The notes: generated by a model not told the origin, from the letters alone. Shown: positions 30,189 through 41,682, counted from the stretch's first letter. The stretch is DNA of 64,000 nt from Spirochaetia bacterium (GCA_965203905.1 CBDBDQ010000005.1:2848001-2912000); one strand, 5' to 3'. Made by a program: numbers and translations.

Positions 30189-31120
30189 TTACTGAACTAT
30201 CCTCCAGGGTCCTCCGTTCGTCCACGCTCCAGAGAGAATCGAGCGGCGCGCGAGTGCGCGCCAAGGAGTAACAAGAAACGACTGGATGAGATCACCAACA
30301 ATTCCGAAGTCGTCGGGCACACCCGGAAGAGAGTTCCGGACCAGATACGCGCGCCACTGCACGGCGCGAGCAGGATCGGCGTAGAACTGTGGCGTGAGAG
30401 AGGGAGGAAGATCGGATGAGATCACCGTACGGCGTCGAACGAAGGTCGCGCTGATAGACTGCGAGATCATGTCACCTGCGAAGGAGACGTGCATGGCGAT
30501 AGTATAGAGGTCGTAGAAATCCTTGTAGCGACTGGTCTGTTCTCCCAGCGAAACCATCGCGTGGAGCTTCTCGGCAACTACGGCTTCGGGTGGATACGCG
30601 CGGATCCATGGCTGTGGTGATCCTTCCAACAGATTAGGATATCGGGTATCGGTTGGAGGCGGCTCGATGGCGTCGCCGAATCCGACATCTATGCGCACCG
30701 GTATTCGGGCGCTGCCTACCTTGGCCCAGAAGTGGGCGCGAACCGCGGAGTACTCAGCGTGCTCTCGGATTGGTTTTACGCTGAGCGTCTCGACATCGAA
30801 AACGATACCGTCATCGACAACCGGCACAGCGCAAATGGTACGGATCGCAGAACGGACGCTGCCTCTGCCAGAGCGTCCCCGTACCCGGTAAAGTCGAGAT
30901 CCCGGGTGGGACGGTACGTAGAGTCACCCCACAGAGCGAGCAGCATAGCGCCTTTTAGAACAAGACGGTTTCTATAGTCGGACTCGCCGAGCCGGTGCAG
31001 GAATCGCTCCGCCGCGTATCGCTGCAGTAGGAACTGAAAGTCCTCATCCTTTGCACGGGCCCTGTTCAGCAGCCTGGTACGGACCGATGCCGCGACGTTT
31101 CTGAGTGGCCTGCGAGTCAC
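30189..31120 (-). CDS. AbiEii-family nucleotidyltransferase toxin (type IV TA); frameshift near 30860
   Basis: AASVRTRLLN, YAAERFLHRL, LVLKGAMLL and RPTRDLDF (30776..31120) continue in another frame as IDVGFGD, AEKLHAM and SRYKDFYD (30189..30827). Confidence 0.85.
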
Positions 31121-31725
31121 GAGACCAGTGCCGCCTGCAGGTACGCACTTACGACGGACCGTGCCCGACAGGCATCGGCCGCGCTCATGATCTGGTCAGC
31201 CGTCGCCAGCCGAAGGCGCAACGCGTCGTGTAGAGCCTCAAGTGCGACGTCGAGGCCGATTTTGTTGCGATAGCGAAAACAGTCAACGACCGTGCGGGCT
31301 GGCGACGTGACCCGCACCGGGACCCCAAGGAGCGAGTGAACGACCACGCCGCAGGTGAGCATGGCTCCAGAGAAACGCACGATACGCACGCGTGCAGGAG
31401 CGCGCGCCGGCTTGCGCGCCTTGCGATCGATAGCGATCCACACTTCATGAGGCGCCTGCGTACCGATGTTGTGGAACTGAAGCGCAGTCAGCAGGCAGAT
31501 GATGGCTTTGGGGACGGCCGCAGCCACCATGGCTTGCGTTTCGGCTTCGGTGGGCTCAACCTCGGCGAGGCGATAGAGCCCGTTCCCGAGGTCTTCGACG
31601 GTACCGTCGGAGACGAAACCTTGCAGGCGACGGTGCGAGACCCCGAGCGGCGCAATGTCACGCGGATGGAAGAATGTGCCCAGGCCGGCTTCTTGCAGCC
31701 GCGCTGTATCCAGGGTGTCCGCCAT
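31117..31725 (-). CDS. AbiEi-family antitoxin / transcriptional regulator
   Basis: GLYRL, ICLLTALQFH, VWIAI and TSPARTVVDCFRYRNKIGLDVALEAL. Confidence 0.9.
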   Translation of the reverse strand: MADTLDTARLQEAGLGTFFHPRDIAPLGVSHRRLQGFVSDGTVEDLGNGLYRLAEVEPTEAETQAMVAAAVPKAIICLLTALQFHNIGTQAPHEVWIAIDRKARKPARAPARVRIVRFSGAMLTCGVVVHSLLGVPVRVTSPARTVVDCFRYRNKIGLDVALEALHDALRLRLATADQIMSAADACRARSVVSAYLQAALVS

Positions 31726-31742
31726 CCGAAGAAGATGATACC

Positions 31743-31819
31743 AAATGTCGGCACTTACGCGCAACTGCCGACATTTAGTTCCCGGAAATGTCGGCAGTTA
31801 TCGTCAATGTGCCGACATC
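31743..31819 (-). promoter_or_regulatory. AbiE operon promoter with four ATGTCGGCA/TGCCGACAT half-sites
   Basis: Includes the perfect 14-bp IR AACTGCCGACATTT-N9-AAATGTCGGCAGTT. A TATCAT -10-like hexamer lies 9 nt before the ATG. AbiEi proteins are known to autorepress through promoter IRs. Confidence 0.75.
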
Positions 31820-31915
31820 TCGCTGGCCCAGCGCGCTCCAAGGCGTCGATCCAGGCATCGGGCCCGTGCGGCTTGAGGGTGGTGTAGAAGCCCGAACTGA
31901 CTCGGGCGGGGTCTC

Positions 31916-32890
31916 TCAGCCGTGTTCGCCGAGGTAGCGTTCGGCTTCCATGGCGGCCATGCAGCCGCTGCCGGCGGCGGTGACCGCCTGGCGGTAGACC
32001 TTGTCCTGCACGTCGCCGCAGGCGAACACGCCCGGCTTGCTGGTGACCGTGGAGTCGCCCGGCGTGACCAGGTAGCCGGTGGCGTCGGTCTCCAACTGGC
32101 CCGCCAGGAACCCGGTGTTGGGCTCGTGACCGATGGCGAAGAACAGCCCACCCGCTTCCAGCTCGCGGTCGACGTCGGTCTTGACGTTGCGCACGCGGAC
32201 GCCGGCCACCAGGTCGTCGCCGACCACCTCGGTCAGGACCGTGTCCCAGATCACCTCGATCTTGTCGTTGTCGAACACCCGCTGCTGCATTGCCTTGGAA
32301 GCCCGCATCTGATCGCGGCGCACCAGCATGCTGACGCCGCTGGCGTACTTGGTGAGGAAGGTTGATTCCTCGGCCGCGGTGTCGCCCCCGCCCACCACCA
32401 CGAGGTGCTTGTCGCGGAACACCGGCAGGGCGCCGTCGCACACCGCGCAGGCGGAAATGCCGCGCTGCCAGAGGCGATCGGCACCCTCGACGTGGAGCCG
32501 CTTGGCGGTAGCCCCGGTGGCGATGATCACGGTACGGGTGCGCACGGTGGTGCCGCTCTCGGTGGTCACCGCGTAGGGAGCGGATTCCAGATCCACTTCG
32601 CTGACGGTCTCGGTGACGATGCGGGCGCCGCTGCGCTGGGACTGCTGACGCATCAGGAACATCAGCTCGGGGCCGCCGATTCCCTCGGGGAACCCGGGGT
32701 AGTTCTCGACGTCGGTGGTGGTGGTGAGTTGGCCGCCGGCGGCCACCCCGCCGGCCATGAATCCTTCGTACATCAGCGGCTCCAGCATGGCGCGGCCGGC
32801 GTACACCGCGGCGGTGTGCCCGGCCGGACCGGAGCCGATGATGACGCAGTTCTCGATCTTCTCGGGCCCGCCGCCGTTGCCGTTGGCCAT
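31916..32890 (-). CDS. trxB: Thioredoxin reductase
   Basis: [41 protein letters not shown] and [12 protein letters not shown]. Confidence 0.96.
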   Translation of the reverse strand: MANGNGGGPEKIENCVIIGSGPAGHTAAVYAGRAMLEPLMYEGFMAGGVAAGGQLTTTTDVENYPGFPEGIGGPELMFLMRQQSQRSGARIVTETVSEVDLESAPYAVTTESGTTVRTRTVIIATGATAKRLHVEGADRLWQRGISACAVCDGALPVFRDKHLVVVGGGDTAAEESTFLTKYASGVSMLVRRDQMRASKAMQQRVFDNDKIEVIWDTVLTEVVGDDLVAGVRVRNVKTDVDRELEAGGLFFAIGHEPNTGFLAGQLETDATGYLVTPGDSTVTSKPGVFACGDVQDKVYRQAVTAAGSGCMAAMEAERYLGEHG

Positions 32891-33062
32891 GGCATGGTGG
32901 CGCGCGCCCACCTGCGGCGGGGCAAGAATGGCGCCCGTCCGCTGCAGCGGCAGACGGCTGCGGCGCCCCGCTTCCCGGAGCGCCGTCAGGCCCGCCGTCC
33001 CGTCTCGGCTCCGGCCATCTGTCAGGCGTTGGATGCAGTACAGATGGTGAGCCATGGTCGCC

Positions 33063-33665
<603 letters not shown>

Positions 33666-33930
33666 CGGTAACTCCTCGTAATGGATCTGGAGGTGGTGGA
33701 TTCCGGGAGCCTCGGCAACGGCTCCCGCGCCGGCAGCCAGCGCCGGCGCACCTCAAGCGCAAAGTAACTATCGCACCCGGACCCCGTCAAGGTTGCGCGC
33801 CGGACGGGTCAGCTTCGGCGCGCAGGAAATTGCGGCTTACTGACGTCACCGGTAGCGAGTATGGCGCTGTCGGTTCCCGGCGCATCAGAATTCACGACCG
33901 CGCCCCGACAACGTATACTGATTTTCCGTC

Positions 33931-35436
33931 GTGGATTACGACCGCCAGGACTTCGCACCCTGCAGCACGCTTCACTTCCGTCCGGAGGGTGCACTGGTCG
34001 GGGATATGTCGTTCTTCTCCCGTGGAGACGAGTGTCACCTGTTCTACCTGACCAAGCGCAACGACGACCCGCCGCGGCTTCCCCACAACCAGCTCGACCA
34101 CGCGGTGAGCACCGACCTGCTGCACTGGGAACGGCTGCCGCCGGCGCTGCTGCCGGGCGCGCCGGGCAGCGCCGATGCAACCGGCATCGGCGGCTGCACC
34201 ATCGTGCCGGACCGCGGCGTCTATCACATGTTTTACGCCGGCACCGTCAACGAGGTGATCTACCATGCCCGCAGCACCGACCTGATCCGCTGGCAGAAGG
34301 ACTCGCCCCTGGAGCCGTTGGTAGTACCCGATCCGCGCTGGTACACGCCGCATACCGTGCCCCCCGACGAGGGGCGCGCCTGGCGTGACCCATTCCTGTT
34401 CCGCGACTCCGCCAGCGACCGCTACCTGCTGCTGGTGACCGCCCGTCTCAGACAGGGGGCGCCCACCGAGCGCGGCTGCGTGGGGCTGGCGGCGAGCGAG
34501 GACCTGGAGCATTGGGAGGTTCAGCCGCCTCTGTACGCTCCCCACGTCTGCAACGCCCCCGAGGTGTGCGAGCTGTTCGCCATGGACGGCCGCTACTACC
34601 TGTTCTTCTCGCACGGCGAGACCTTCACCTGCCGCTACCGGGTTGCCGAGCGGTGGGACGGCCCATACCGCTGCCCGCCCGACGACCTGCTGCTGACCCC
34701 CTGGACCTACGCGCCGCGCAGCGTGTGCATGGACGGTGACCGCTACCTGGTCCCCTGGGTCGCCGACCACCTGGGCGGTCAGGACGGCTATCAGCCCGAC
34801 TACGCGCCGGTGTGGGGCGGCGACGGATTCACCTGGGGTGGGGTGCTGGGCACCCCGCAACTCATGCGCACGCTGTCCGACGGCCGCCTCGTCCTGTGCT
34901 ACCCGGAGATCGTCGAGCGCCTGCTGGGAGCGCGCCTGGTTGCTCCCGGCGCGTGGCGGTGCGCGGCAACCGAGCGGGGCGCATGGGAGGCGGGCTCCGG
35001 CGGCATCACCGGCTCTTCGGACCAGGGGTTGGCGCGGGCAATGCTTCCGGCCGCGGGAGAGAACTTCCGCGTCTCCTGCACGATGACCATCGAAGCCGGT
35101 TGCGCGGCCGGCTTGATCGTGCGCGGCAACGAACGGGGCGACTCCGGCTATTACATCCGGATCGAGCCGGGGATGAAGTCGGTTTCGTTGTGGCGCTATC
35201 CCCGTCCCTGGGTGGTGGCACGGCCCCTGGCGGCGCGGATCTTGCCGAAGATCGACTACCACGCCGTATTGGAGATAAAGATCCTCCTGCACCGGCACGT
35301 GCTCGATGCCTACCTCGACGGCCGACACCTGTTCTCGGCGCCCGTACACGACTACCGTGAAGGCCGCTTCGGCGTGTTTGTTGAAGACTCCCGGACCCGG
35401 TTCGGCGAGGTCGACGGCCGCGAGTTGCACGAATAG
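33931..35436 (+). CDS. Glycoside hydrolase family 32-like protein
   Basis: VGD..F..HLFY, HAVSTDLLHW, WRDPF and PEV; C-terminal beta-sandwich. Confidence 0.82.
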   Translation: MDYDRQDFAPCSTLHFRPEGALVGDMSFFSRGDECHLFYLTKRNDDPPRLPHNQLDHAVSTDLLHWERLPPALLPGAPGSADATGIGGCTIVPDRGVYHMFYAGTVNEVIYHARSTDLIRWQKDSPLEPLVVPDPRWYTPHTVPPDEGRAWRDPFLFRDSASDRYLLLVTARLRQGAPTERGCVGLAASEDLEHWEVQPPLYAPHVCNAPEVCELFAMDGRYYLFFSHGETFTCRYRVAERWDGPYRCPPDDLLLTPWTYAPRSVCMDGDRYLVPWVADHLGGQDGYQPDYAPVWGGDGFTWGGVLGTPQLMRTLSDGRLVLCYPEIVERLLGARLVAPGAWRCAATERGAWEAGSGGITGSSDQGLARAMLPAAGENFRVSCTMTIEAGCAAGLIVRGNERGDSGYYIRIEPGMKSVSLWRYPRPWVVARPLAARILPKIDYHAVLEIKILLHRHVLDAYLDGRHLFSAPVHDYREGRFGVFVEDSRTRFGEVDGRELHE

Positions 35437-35444
35437 CAGGCGCG

Positions 35445-36836
35445 ATGGACGAGGCGCAGCGCCCACAGTTTCACTATACCTGCCGTGCCGGCTGGCTGTG
35501 CGACGTCAACGGGCCGATCTTCCACGCCGGAGAGTACCACCTGTTCTACGAGTACAATCCCACCGGCCCCACCTGGACCTATGCCAACATGCACTGGGGC
35601 CACGCGGTCAGCACCGACCTGGTGCGCTGGCGCGAGCTGCCGCCGGTCCTCGCCCCCGACCGGCACGGACCGGTCAACTCCGGCTCGGTCGTCGTGGACT
35701 GGAACGACACCTGCGGCCTGGCCACGGCCGGGGACCCGGTCCTGGTGGCGCTGTACACCGAGGGCCGCTATCTGCTGCCGGCGAACCGGCCGGCGGCGCA
35801 ATCGCTTGCCTACAGCAACGACCGCGGACGAACCTGGACCAGATTCGCCGGCAACCCCGTGCTCGGACGCACCACCCATTATGCGCGCGATCCCAAGGTG
35901 CTGTGGCACGCGGCGAGCGGCCGCTGGATCATGGCGCTGATCCTGTCCGAGCACGGCGACGAGCGCGACCACAGGTTCGGCCTGTTCTCGTCGCCCGACC
36001 TGCGGCAGTGGCGCTGGGAGAGCACGTTTGACATGCCCACCGCGTGCGACTGCCCCGACCTGTTCGCGCTGCCGGCTGACGGCGATCTCGATGACTTGCG
36101 CTGGGTGTTCTGGGGTGGCGACGGCACCCATGCGACCGGGACGTTCGACGGGCGCAGTTTCACCCCGGAGGGCGCGATCGTGCCGCCGCTGGTGCCGTAC
36201 GATCGCAACGGCGCGGTGGGGTTCGCGGCCAAGGTGTTTGCCGATCTTCCCGCCACCGACCGCCGCGCGATCCAGATCGCCTGGCTGCGCAACGGCGACT
36301 ATCCCGGCATGCCGTTCAGTCAGCAGTTGACGTTTCCCTGCGAGCTGAGTCTGCGTACCGGCGCCGGTGCGGGGCGCGCAGCGGCACAGGTGTGCCGGCA
36401 GCCGGTGCGCGAGATCGAGCTGCTGTACCGCCGGCGGCACCAATGGCGGGATGCGGCGTTGGCACCGGGGTACGATCCGCTGGCCGCCGTCGCCGGCGAG
36501 CTGTTCGACATCGAGGTCGAGCTGCAGCCGGGCACTGCGCAGCGCGTGGCGTTCACGCTGCACGGCCAGACCGTGGCCTACGATGCCCGCACCCGACGCC
36601 TGGCCTGCATGGGCACGGAGGTCGAGCTGGCAGCGGAGCCGGACACGGACAGCCTCACGCTGCGGATGCTCCTGGACCGGAACTCGATCGAGATCTTCGC
36701 CGACGGGGGCGCGGTCGCGCTCGCCTTCTCCTTTGTGCCGCGTCCGGAGCAGAAGGGTCTGGAGCTGACCGCGGCCGGCGGCACGGCACGAATCGCTTCA
36801 CTGAACGTGTGGGAACTCGCCTCGATCCACGCCTAG
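35445..36836 (+). CDS. Glycoside hydrolase family 32 (levanase/fructosidase-like)
   Basis: RPQFH...GWLCDVNG, YHLFY.YNP, MHWGHAVSTDL, RDPKV, DCPDLF and DRNSIEIF. Confidence 0.9.
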   Translation: MDEAQRPQFHYTCRAGWLCDVNGPIFHAGEYHLFYEYNPTGPTWTYANMHWGHAVSTDLVRWRELPPVLAPDRHGPVNSGSVVVDWNDTCGLATAGDPVLVALYTEGRYLLPANRPAAQSLAYSNDRGRTWTRFAGNPVLGRTTHYARDPKVLWHAASGRWIMALILSEHGDERDHRFGLFSSPDLRQWRWESTFDMPTACDCPDLFALPADGDLDDLRWVFWGGDGTHATGTFDGRSFTPEGAIVPPLVPYDRNGAVGFAAKVFADLPATDRRAIQIAWLRNGDYPGMPFSQQLTFPCELSLRTGAGAGRAAAQVCRQPVREIELLYRRRHQWRDAALAPGYDPLAAVAGELFDIEVELQPGTAQRVAFTLHGQTVAYDARTRRLACMGTEVELAAEPDTDSLTLRMLLDRNSIEIFADGGAVALAFSFVPRPEQKGLELTAAGGTARIASLNVWELASIHA

Positions 36837-36958
36837 TCCGAAACCACGTCTGGCAGACGAACCAAGTGCACCGGGTTTCATGGTCTCTGGCGTCACGGAG
36901 TGGCCCTGCGTACTGATCACGTGCGCCGCCTGCGTTACAGCCCGCCGCGCCGCGCAAT

Positions 36959-36987
36959 TTGACGGCGCCGCGGAGCCTCCTTACAGT
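36959..36987 (+). promoter_or_regulatory. Sigma70-like promoter for the ABC/GH32 operon
   Basis: TTGACG-N17-TACAGT upstream of the GAGGAGG RBS. Confidence 0.6.
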
Positions 36988-37022
36988 GGCCCACACGCAA
37001 CTACCTTGAGGAGGTGTATTCA

Positions 37023-38252
37023 ATGCGAAGGAGAGCATTCCTGCTTACCGCCCTCGTGCTGGCGGGTGGGCTGATCTGGACGCAACAGGTACTGGCGCAG
37101 CGCGTCACCCTGAGCGTGTCGTTGGGGGCGTCGGAGGTGCACGAGGCCTGGTACCGGCTGTACGAGGAGCAGCACCCGAACGTCAAGATCGAGAGCTTCG
37201 TGGTGCCGGGCGCCTCGATGGAGGACTTTCTGCGCGCCCGCGCCGCTGCCGGCACGCTGCCCGACCTGTTCGCGATCAACAGCAACGCATTCGGCCACAA
37301 GTTCATGGCGGACGGCTTCGCCGCCGACCTCGCCGCCACCGCGGCCGCGGCCAACACCCTGCCGGGACTGCGCGAGCCGTTCACCACCCCGGCCGGACAG
37401 GTCTACGGCATTCCGGTGGGCACTGCCACCACCTGGATGTACTACAACCGCGACCTGATCGCGGAAGCGGGCATCTCGGCGATTCCGACCACCTGGGACG
37501 AGTTCATCGCGGCCCTCGAAAAGCTCAAGAGCAAGCGCATCGCCGGCACCATCATCGACAAGGACGGCTTCGGCAACTCCTGGTTCAGCTACATCTTCGC
37601 CCAGAAGGTGGTGCCCGGCGAGCCCGATTTCGTCGCCAAGATAGAGCGCGGCGAGTTCGACTTCACCCAGCCCGGCGTGGCCGACATCTTCGCCAAGGTG
37701 AAGTACCTGACCGACAACGGGTTGGCCCACAGGGCGTTCATGAGCACCAACAACGCCCAGGCCACCAGTCTGTTCCTGCAGGGACGCGCGGCGACCTTCT
37801 TCGCCGGCAGTTGGCAGGCAAACCAACTGCTCAGCGGTGACGTCGACGCCGGGATCTTCTTCCCGGCGGTCAGGGACGCTGGCGAAGCGACCATGGGCGT
37901 GCTGGTGCCCGAGACCGGCGCCGGCGTGAACGCGGCGTCCGAGAACCTTGACGCCGCCATCGATCTCCTCGACTGGATGTTCGGGGACGGCTACGCGTTC
38001 TACCAGAACGGCATGGGCAACATTCCGAGCGTGGTCGAGGTGATGGGCGAGGTGAAGCTCGATCCGCGCGTGATCCGGGTGCTCGACGAGGTGAAGGGCT
38101 ACCCGCAGACCCGGCTGTGGTTCCAGTACCTGCCGTCCGAGACGCTGCCCCTGGTCAACAAGCTGCTCGACCAGGTGTTGCTCGGGGAGCTGACTCCGCA
38201 GGAGGCGGCGGAAGAGCTCCACAACGCGGCCCGCGACGCCGTGATGCAATAG
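37023..38252 (+). CDS. Sugar ABC substrate-binding protein
   Basis: Signal peptide MRRRAFLLTALVLAGG; YEEQHPNVKIE; AGTLPDLF; YYNRDL...PTTWDEF. Confidence 0.9.
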   Translation: MRRRAFLLTALVLAGGLIWTQQVLAQRVTLSVSLGASEVHEAWYRLYEEQHPNVKIESFVVPGASMEDFLRARAAAGTLPDLFAINSNAFGHKFMADGFAADLAATAAAANTLPGLREPFTTPAGQVYGIPVGTATTWMYYNRDLIAEAGISAIPTTWDEFIAALEKLKSKRIAGTIIDKDGFGNSWFSYIFAQKVVPGEPDFVAKIERGEFDFTQPGVADIFAKVKYLTDNGLAHRAFMSTNNAQATSLFLQGRAATFFAGSWQANQLLSGDVDAGIFFPAVRDAGEATMGVLVPETGAGVNAASENLDAAIDLLDWMFGDGYAFYQNGMGNIPSVVEVMGEVKLDPRVIRVLDEVKGYPQTRLWFQYLPSETLPLVNKLLDQVLLGELTPQEAAEELHNAARDAVMQ

Positions 38253-38303
38253 ACCTCGGGCTGCCTGAGCGCAGGGTGATCCGTTTCACCCTGCGCTCGC
38301 CGT

Positions 38304-39198
38304 ATGCAGATCAAGTATCACCAGCAGCGCTTCATCGCCGGCCTGCTGTTCGTGGTTCCGGCGCTGACCGTGGCGGTCGTGTTCTTCGTCTACCCGATCG
38401 CCCTGACCCTGCGCTACAGCTTTACCAACTGGGACGGCCTGTTTCCGCAGGCGGAGTTCGTGGGACTGAAGAACTTCGCCGTCGTGCTAGGGAGAACGTT
38501 CCATCAAGCGGGTGTTCTTCAACACCTTCTACCTGGTGGTGCTGTACGTACCGGTGCTCAACGTGCTGGCGGTGTTGATCGCCGTGCACATCCACAACGT
38601 GGTCCGGCTCAGGAACGTCTACAAGGCGATCATGTACCTGCCGCAGATGCTGTCGCTGACCGTGGTCGGGTTCGTGTGGAAGGTGATCTACTCGTACGAC
38701 GGCGGGCTGATCAATGAAGCGATGATCCTGCTCGGCCTGGAGTGGCATACCCAGGACTGGCTCGGGCAGCGCAACACCGTGCTGCCGGCGATGAGCCTGA
38801 CCATCGTCTGGTCGGCGCTCGGCTATTTCATCCTCATTTACCTGGCGGGGTTGCACGCGATTCCCCGCGAGCTGTACGAATCCGCCGACGTCGACGGCGC
38901 CGGCCCCTTCAAGCAGTTCCTGTTTATCACCATCCCAATGCTGGCGCAGGCGATCACCATCAGCGTCACCCTCTCCGCGATCGGCATCCTGGGGCTGTTC
39001 GACCTGCCGTTCGTGCTCACCGAAGGCGGCCCCGGCTACCTTTCGGAGACCCTCGCGCTGCGCGTCTACATGTACGCATTCGCGCAGTTGCGCATCGACT
39101 ACGGGCTGGCGATGGCGGTGATCCTGGGGATCATCTCGGTGCTGGCCGCACTGGTGCTGCTGAAGCTGTTCCGGAAGCGGGAGGAGGTGTACGGCTGA
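38304..39198 (+). CDS. Carbohydrate ABC permease (MalF-like); extra G near 38490
   Basis: ORFs 38304..38717 (FVGLKNF) and 38512..39198 (ELYESADVDGA, LTEGGPG) join if one G is removed from CTAGGGAGAA. Confidence 0.85.
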
Positions 39199-40037
39199 TG
39201 GCGGCGCCGGGCCACCGACGCAGATCCAGGCTGGTGTCGAACGCGGTGCTGGTGTTCTGCTGCATCCTTACCTTCATTCCGGTCTGGTACTTCCTGAACA
39301 ACGCTTTCAAGGAGGAGAAGTACGTATACCAGAATCCGCTCACCATCACGCCGCAGCAGTTCACCACCGAGAACGTGGTGCGCGCGTTCAACCACCTCAA
39401 GTACGGTCGCTCGTTCCTGAACAGCGTCATCTTCGTGACCACCTCGTGCGCGCTGCTGGTGTTTCTCGCTGCGCTCGCGTCCTTCGCCATAGCCGTGGTC
39501 AGGGGCAGGCTGTTAGGCTCCATCTACGTGGGCTTCGTGCTGATGATCACCCTGCCGTTCGGACTGGCGATGATTCCGCTGGTGTCGTTGCTCAGAGACC
39601 TGGGTCTGCTCAACACCTACCTGGGAACGTCGCTGGTCTACACCGCCACCGCCATTCCGTTCGCGGTGTTCCTGTACACCGGCTACATCAGGACCATCCC
39701 GCGCGACTTCGAAGACGCGGCCAGAATCGACGGCTGCGGCATGTTCCGTACCTTCGCATCCGTGTACCTGCCGCTGTTGGGCACGGTCACGGTCACGCTC
39801 CTGATTCTGCGCGGCGTGGCGATCTACAATGACCTGCTGATCCCGCTGCTGACGATCAGCGACGTATTCAAGGTGCCGCTGGCGTTGCGGCTGTACTCGT
39901 TCGCGACCGAGCGCATCATCTACTGGGAACTGCTGTTCGCCGGCACCTTTCTGGTGAGCATTCCGATCATCATGGCGTTTCTGTTCCTGCAGCGGTTCAT
40001 CACCAGCGAAGCGATCGGCGGCGCGATCAAGGGCTGA
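39198..40037 (+). CDS. Carbohydrate ABC permease (MalG-like)
   Basis: IPRDFEDAARIDGC; ATG overlaps the upstream TGA. Confidence 0.92.
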   Translation: MAAPGHRRRSRLVSNAVLVFCCILTFIPVWYFLNNAFKEEKYVYQNPLTITPQQFTTENVVRAFNHLKYGRSFLNSVIFVTTSCALLVFLAALASFAIAVVRGRLLGSIYVGFVLMITLPFGLAMIPLVSLLRDLGLLNTYLGTSLVYTATAIPFAVFLYTGYIRTIPRDFEDAARIDGCGMFRTFASVYLPLLGTVTVTLLILRGVAIYNDLLIPLLTISDVFKVPLALRLYSFATERIIYWELLFAGTFLVSIPIIMAFLFLQRFITSEAIGGAIKG

Positions 40038-41572
40038 TGACGGGAGATTCGGTCAGGCGACTGGGACACCTGGTGGAGCACGCCCGCGAGTTGCGCGAGC
40101 GCTACCAGGCCGACCCGCACCGACCGCGCTACCACTTCCTGGCGCCGGAGGGAGTATGCCATCCGTTCGATCCGCAGGGATGCATCTACTGGCGCGGGCG
40201 CTACCACCTGTTCTACGCCGTTCAGGCGGACGGGGTGGGGCTGTGGGGCCACGCATCCAGCACCGACCTGCTGCACTGGCGGCACCACCCGATTCCGCTG
40301 GGCATCGGGCCGGGCGATCCGGAGGAACAGGTGTACGCCGGCGGCGCCCTGATCACCAGGGAAGGTACGCCGGCGATGATCTACCACGGGGTCAACGCCG
40401 GTACCTGCATCGCCACCAGCGACGACGCCGGACTGTTGCGCTGGCGCAAGCACCCCGCCAATCCGGTGCTCCCGGTGCCGGGTGCCGGCGACCCGGGACA
40501 TGGGCGGTACCACGTATGGGATACCTGCGGCTGGGTGCACGGCGACGCGTACTACTCGATCAGCGGCAACAAGCCGGACACGCCGCCGCGGACCGAGGGA
40601 GACGTCGCTTACCTGTTCCGATCGTCGGACCTGGTGCACTGGGAGTACCTGCATCCGTTCTACGTCTCCGAGCGGCGCTGGACCGACGCCGACGAAGATT
40701 GCTCCTGTCCCGATTTCTTCCCGCTGGGAGACCGGCACGTGCTGATGTTCATCAGCCACACGCGCGGCACGCAGTACTACGTCGGCCGCTACACGGGGGA
40801 GCGGTTTCATCCCGAACGCCACGGGCGCCTGAACTGGGCCGGTGGCCCCAGCTTTGCCCAGGAGAGCCTACTGGACAGCTCCGGCCGCCGGATATTCTGG
40901 GCCTGGCTGTGCGAGTCGCGCACGCGCGATGCCCAGCTTCGGGCCGGCTGGGCCGGCGTGATGAGCCTGCCGCGGGTGCTGTCGCTGGGTTCCGACGGCA
41001 CCCTGGGCATCGCTCCGGCCGCGGAGCTGCGCAGGCTGCGGCTGAACCCACGCCGGTACGACCGCGTACGGGTGGCCGCCGGCGCTTGCCTGCCGCTGGA
41101 GGTGCACGGCGACTGCCTGGAGCTGGCGCTGAAGGTGGGGCCTGGCGAGGCGGAGTCGGAGTTCGGTGTCCTGGTCAGGCGCTCGCCGGACGGCGCCGAG
41201 CAGACGGAGGTCGCGTTCGACCCGGCGGCGAAGGTGCTGCGCATCGATACCAGCCGCTCCAGCCTGAGCAGCGAGATCGTCCAGTCGTGGCCGCAGCCGA
41301 GCGCCTCGTTTCTCTCCGATCCGCTGGCCGGCAGAGCCGACGTGCGGGTTCAGGAGGCGCCGTTTGCGCTGCGCCCGGGAGAGTCCCTGGAGCTACGGAT
41401 CTTCCTCGACCGGTCGGTGCTGGAGGTGTTCGCCAACGGCCGCCAGTGCATGGCGCAGCGGATCTACCCGACCCGCGGCGACAGCACCGGCATTGCGCTG
41501 TTCGGCCGCGGCCGTGCTGTCACGGTCCGGCGCCTGCGGACCTGGGACCTGGCCGCCACCAACCCCTGGTGA
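40037..41572 (+). CDS. Glycoside hydrolase family 32-like protein with altered catalytic motifs
   Basis: DPHRPRYHF, FDPQG, YHLFY, WGHASSTDLLHW, SCPDFFPL, MSLPR and DRSVLEVFAN. Confidence 0.85.
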   Translation: MTGDSVRRLGHLVEHARELRERYQADPHRPRYHFLAPEGVCHPFDPQGCIYWRGRYHLFYAVQADGVGLWGHASSTDLLHWRHHPIPLGIGPGDPEEQVYAGGALITREGTPAMIYHGVNAGTCIATSDDAGLLRWRKHPANPVLPVPGAGDPGHGRYHVWDTCGWVHGDAYYSISGNKPDTPPRTEGDVAYLFRSSDLVHWEYLHPFYVSERRWTDADEDCSCPDFFPLGDRHVLMFISHTRGTQYYVGRYTGERFHPERHGRLNWAGGPSFAQESLLDSSGRRIFWAWLCESRTRDAQLRAGWAGVMSLPRVLSLGSDGTLGIAPAAELRRLRLNPRRYDRVRVAAGACLPLEVHGDCLELALKVGPGEAESEFGVLVRRSPDGAEQTEVAFDPAAKVLRIDTSRSSLSSEIVQSWPQPSASFLSDPLAGRADVRVQEAPFALRPGESLELRIFLDRSVLEVFANGRQCMAQRIYPTRGDSTGIALFGRGRAVTVRRLRTWDLAATNPW

Positions 41573-41682
41573 ACCGCATGCATGCCCATTCGTAGTAGTT
41601 GGTGCCGCATTGGGTGAGGCATACGCGCCGCGGGAAGGGCTGCGGTTGCCAAATCTTGCCATCCAACCGTACGCTAGGTGGC

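Larger units (their letters stand above)
30164..31931. repeat. Imperfect direct repeat of the trxB 3' end flanking the AbiE module
   Basis: GCGGGGTCTCAGCCGTGCTCGGCG (30164-30187) versus GCGGGGTCTCTCAGCCGTGTTCGCCG (31906-31931, containing the trxB stop). Confidence 0.65.

Noticed and set aside
28500-31900. Integron cassette array or prophage explanation for the TA cluster
   Set aside because: No integrase, no recognisable attC sites, mixed gene orientations and no phage genes.
31820-31905. Coding-like fragment (SGFYTTLKPHGPDAWIDALER) between trxB and abiEi
   Set aside because: Too short to assign and has no start codon or RBS.
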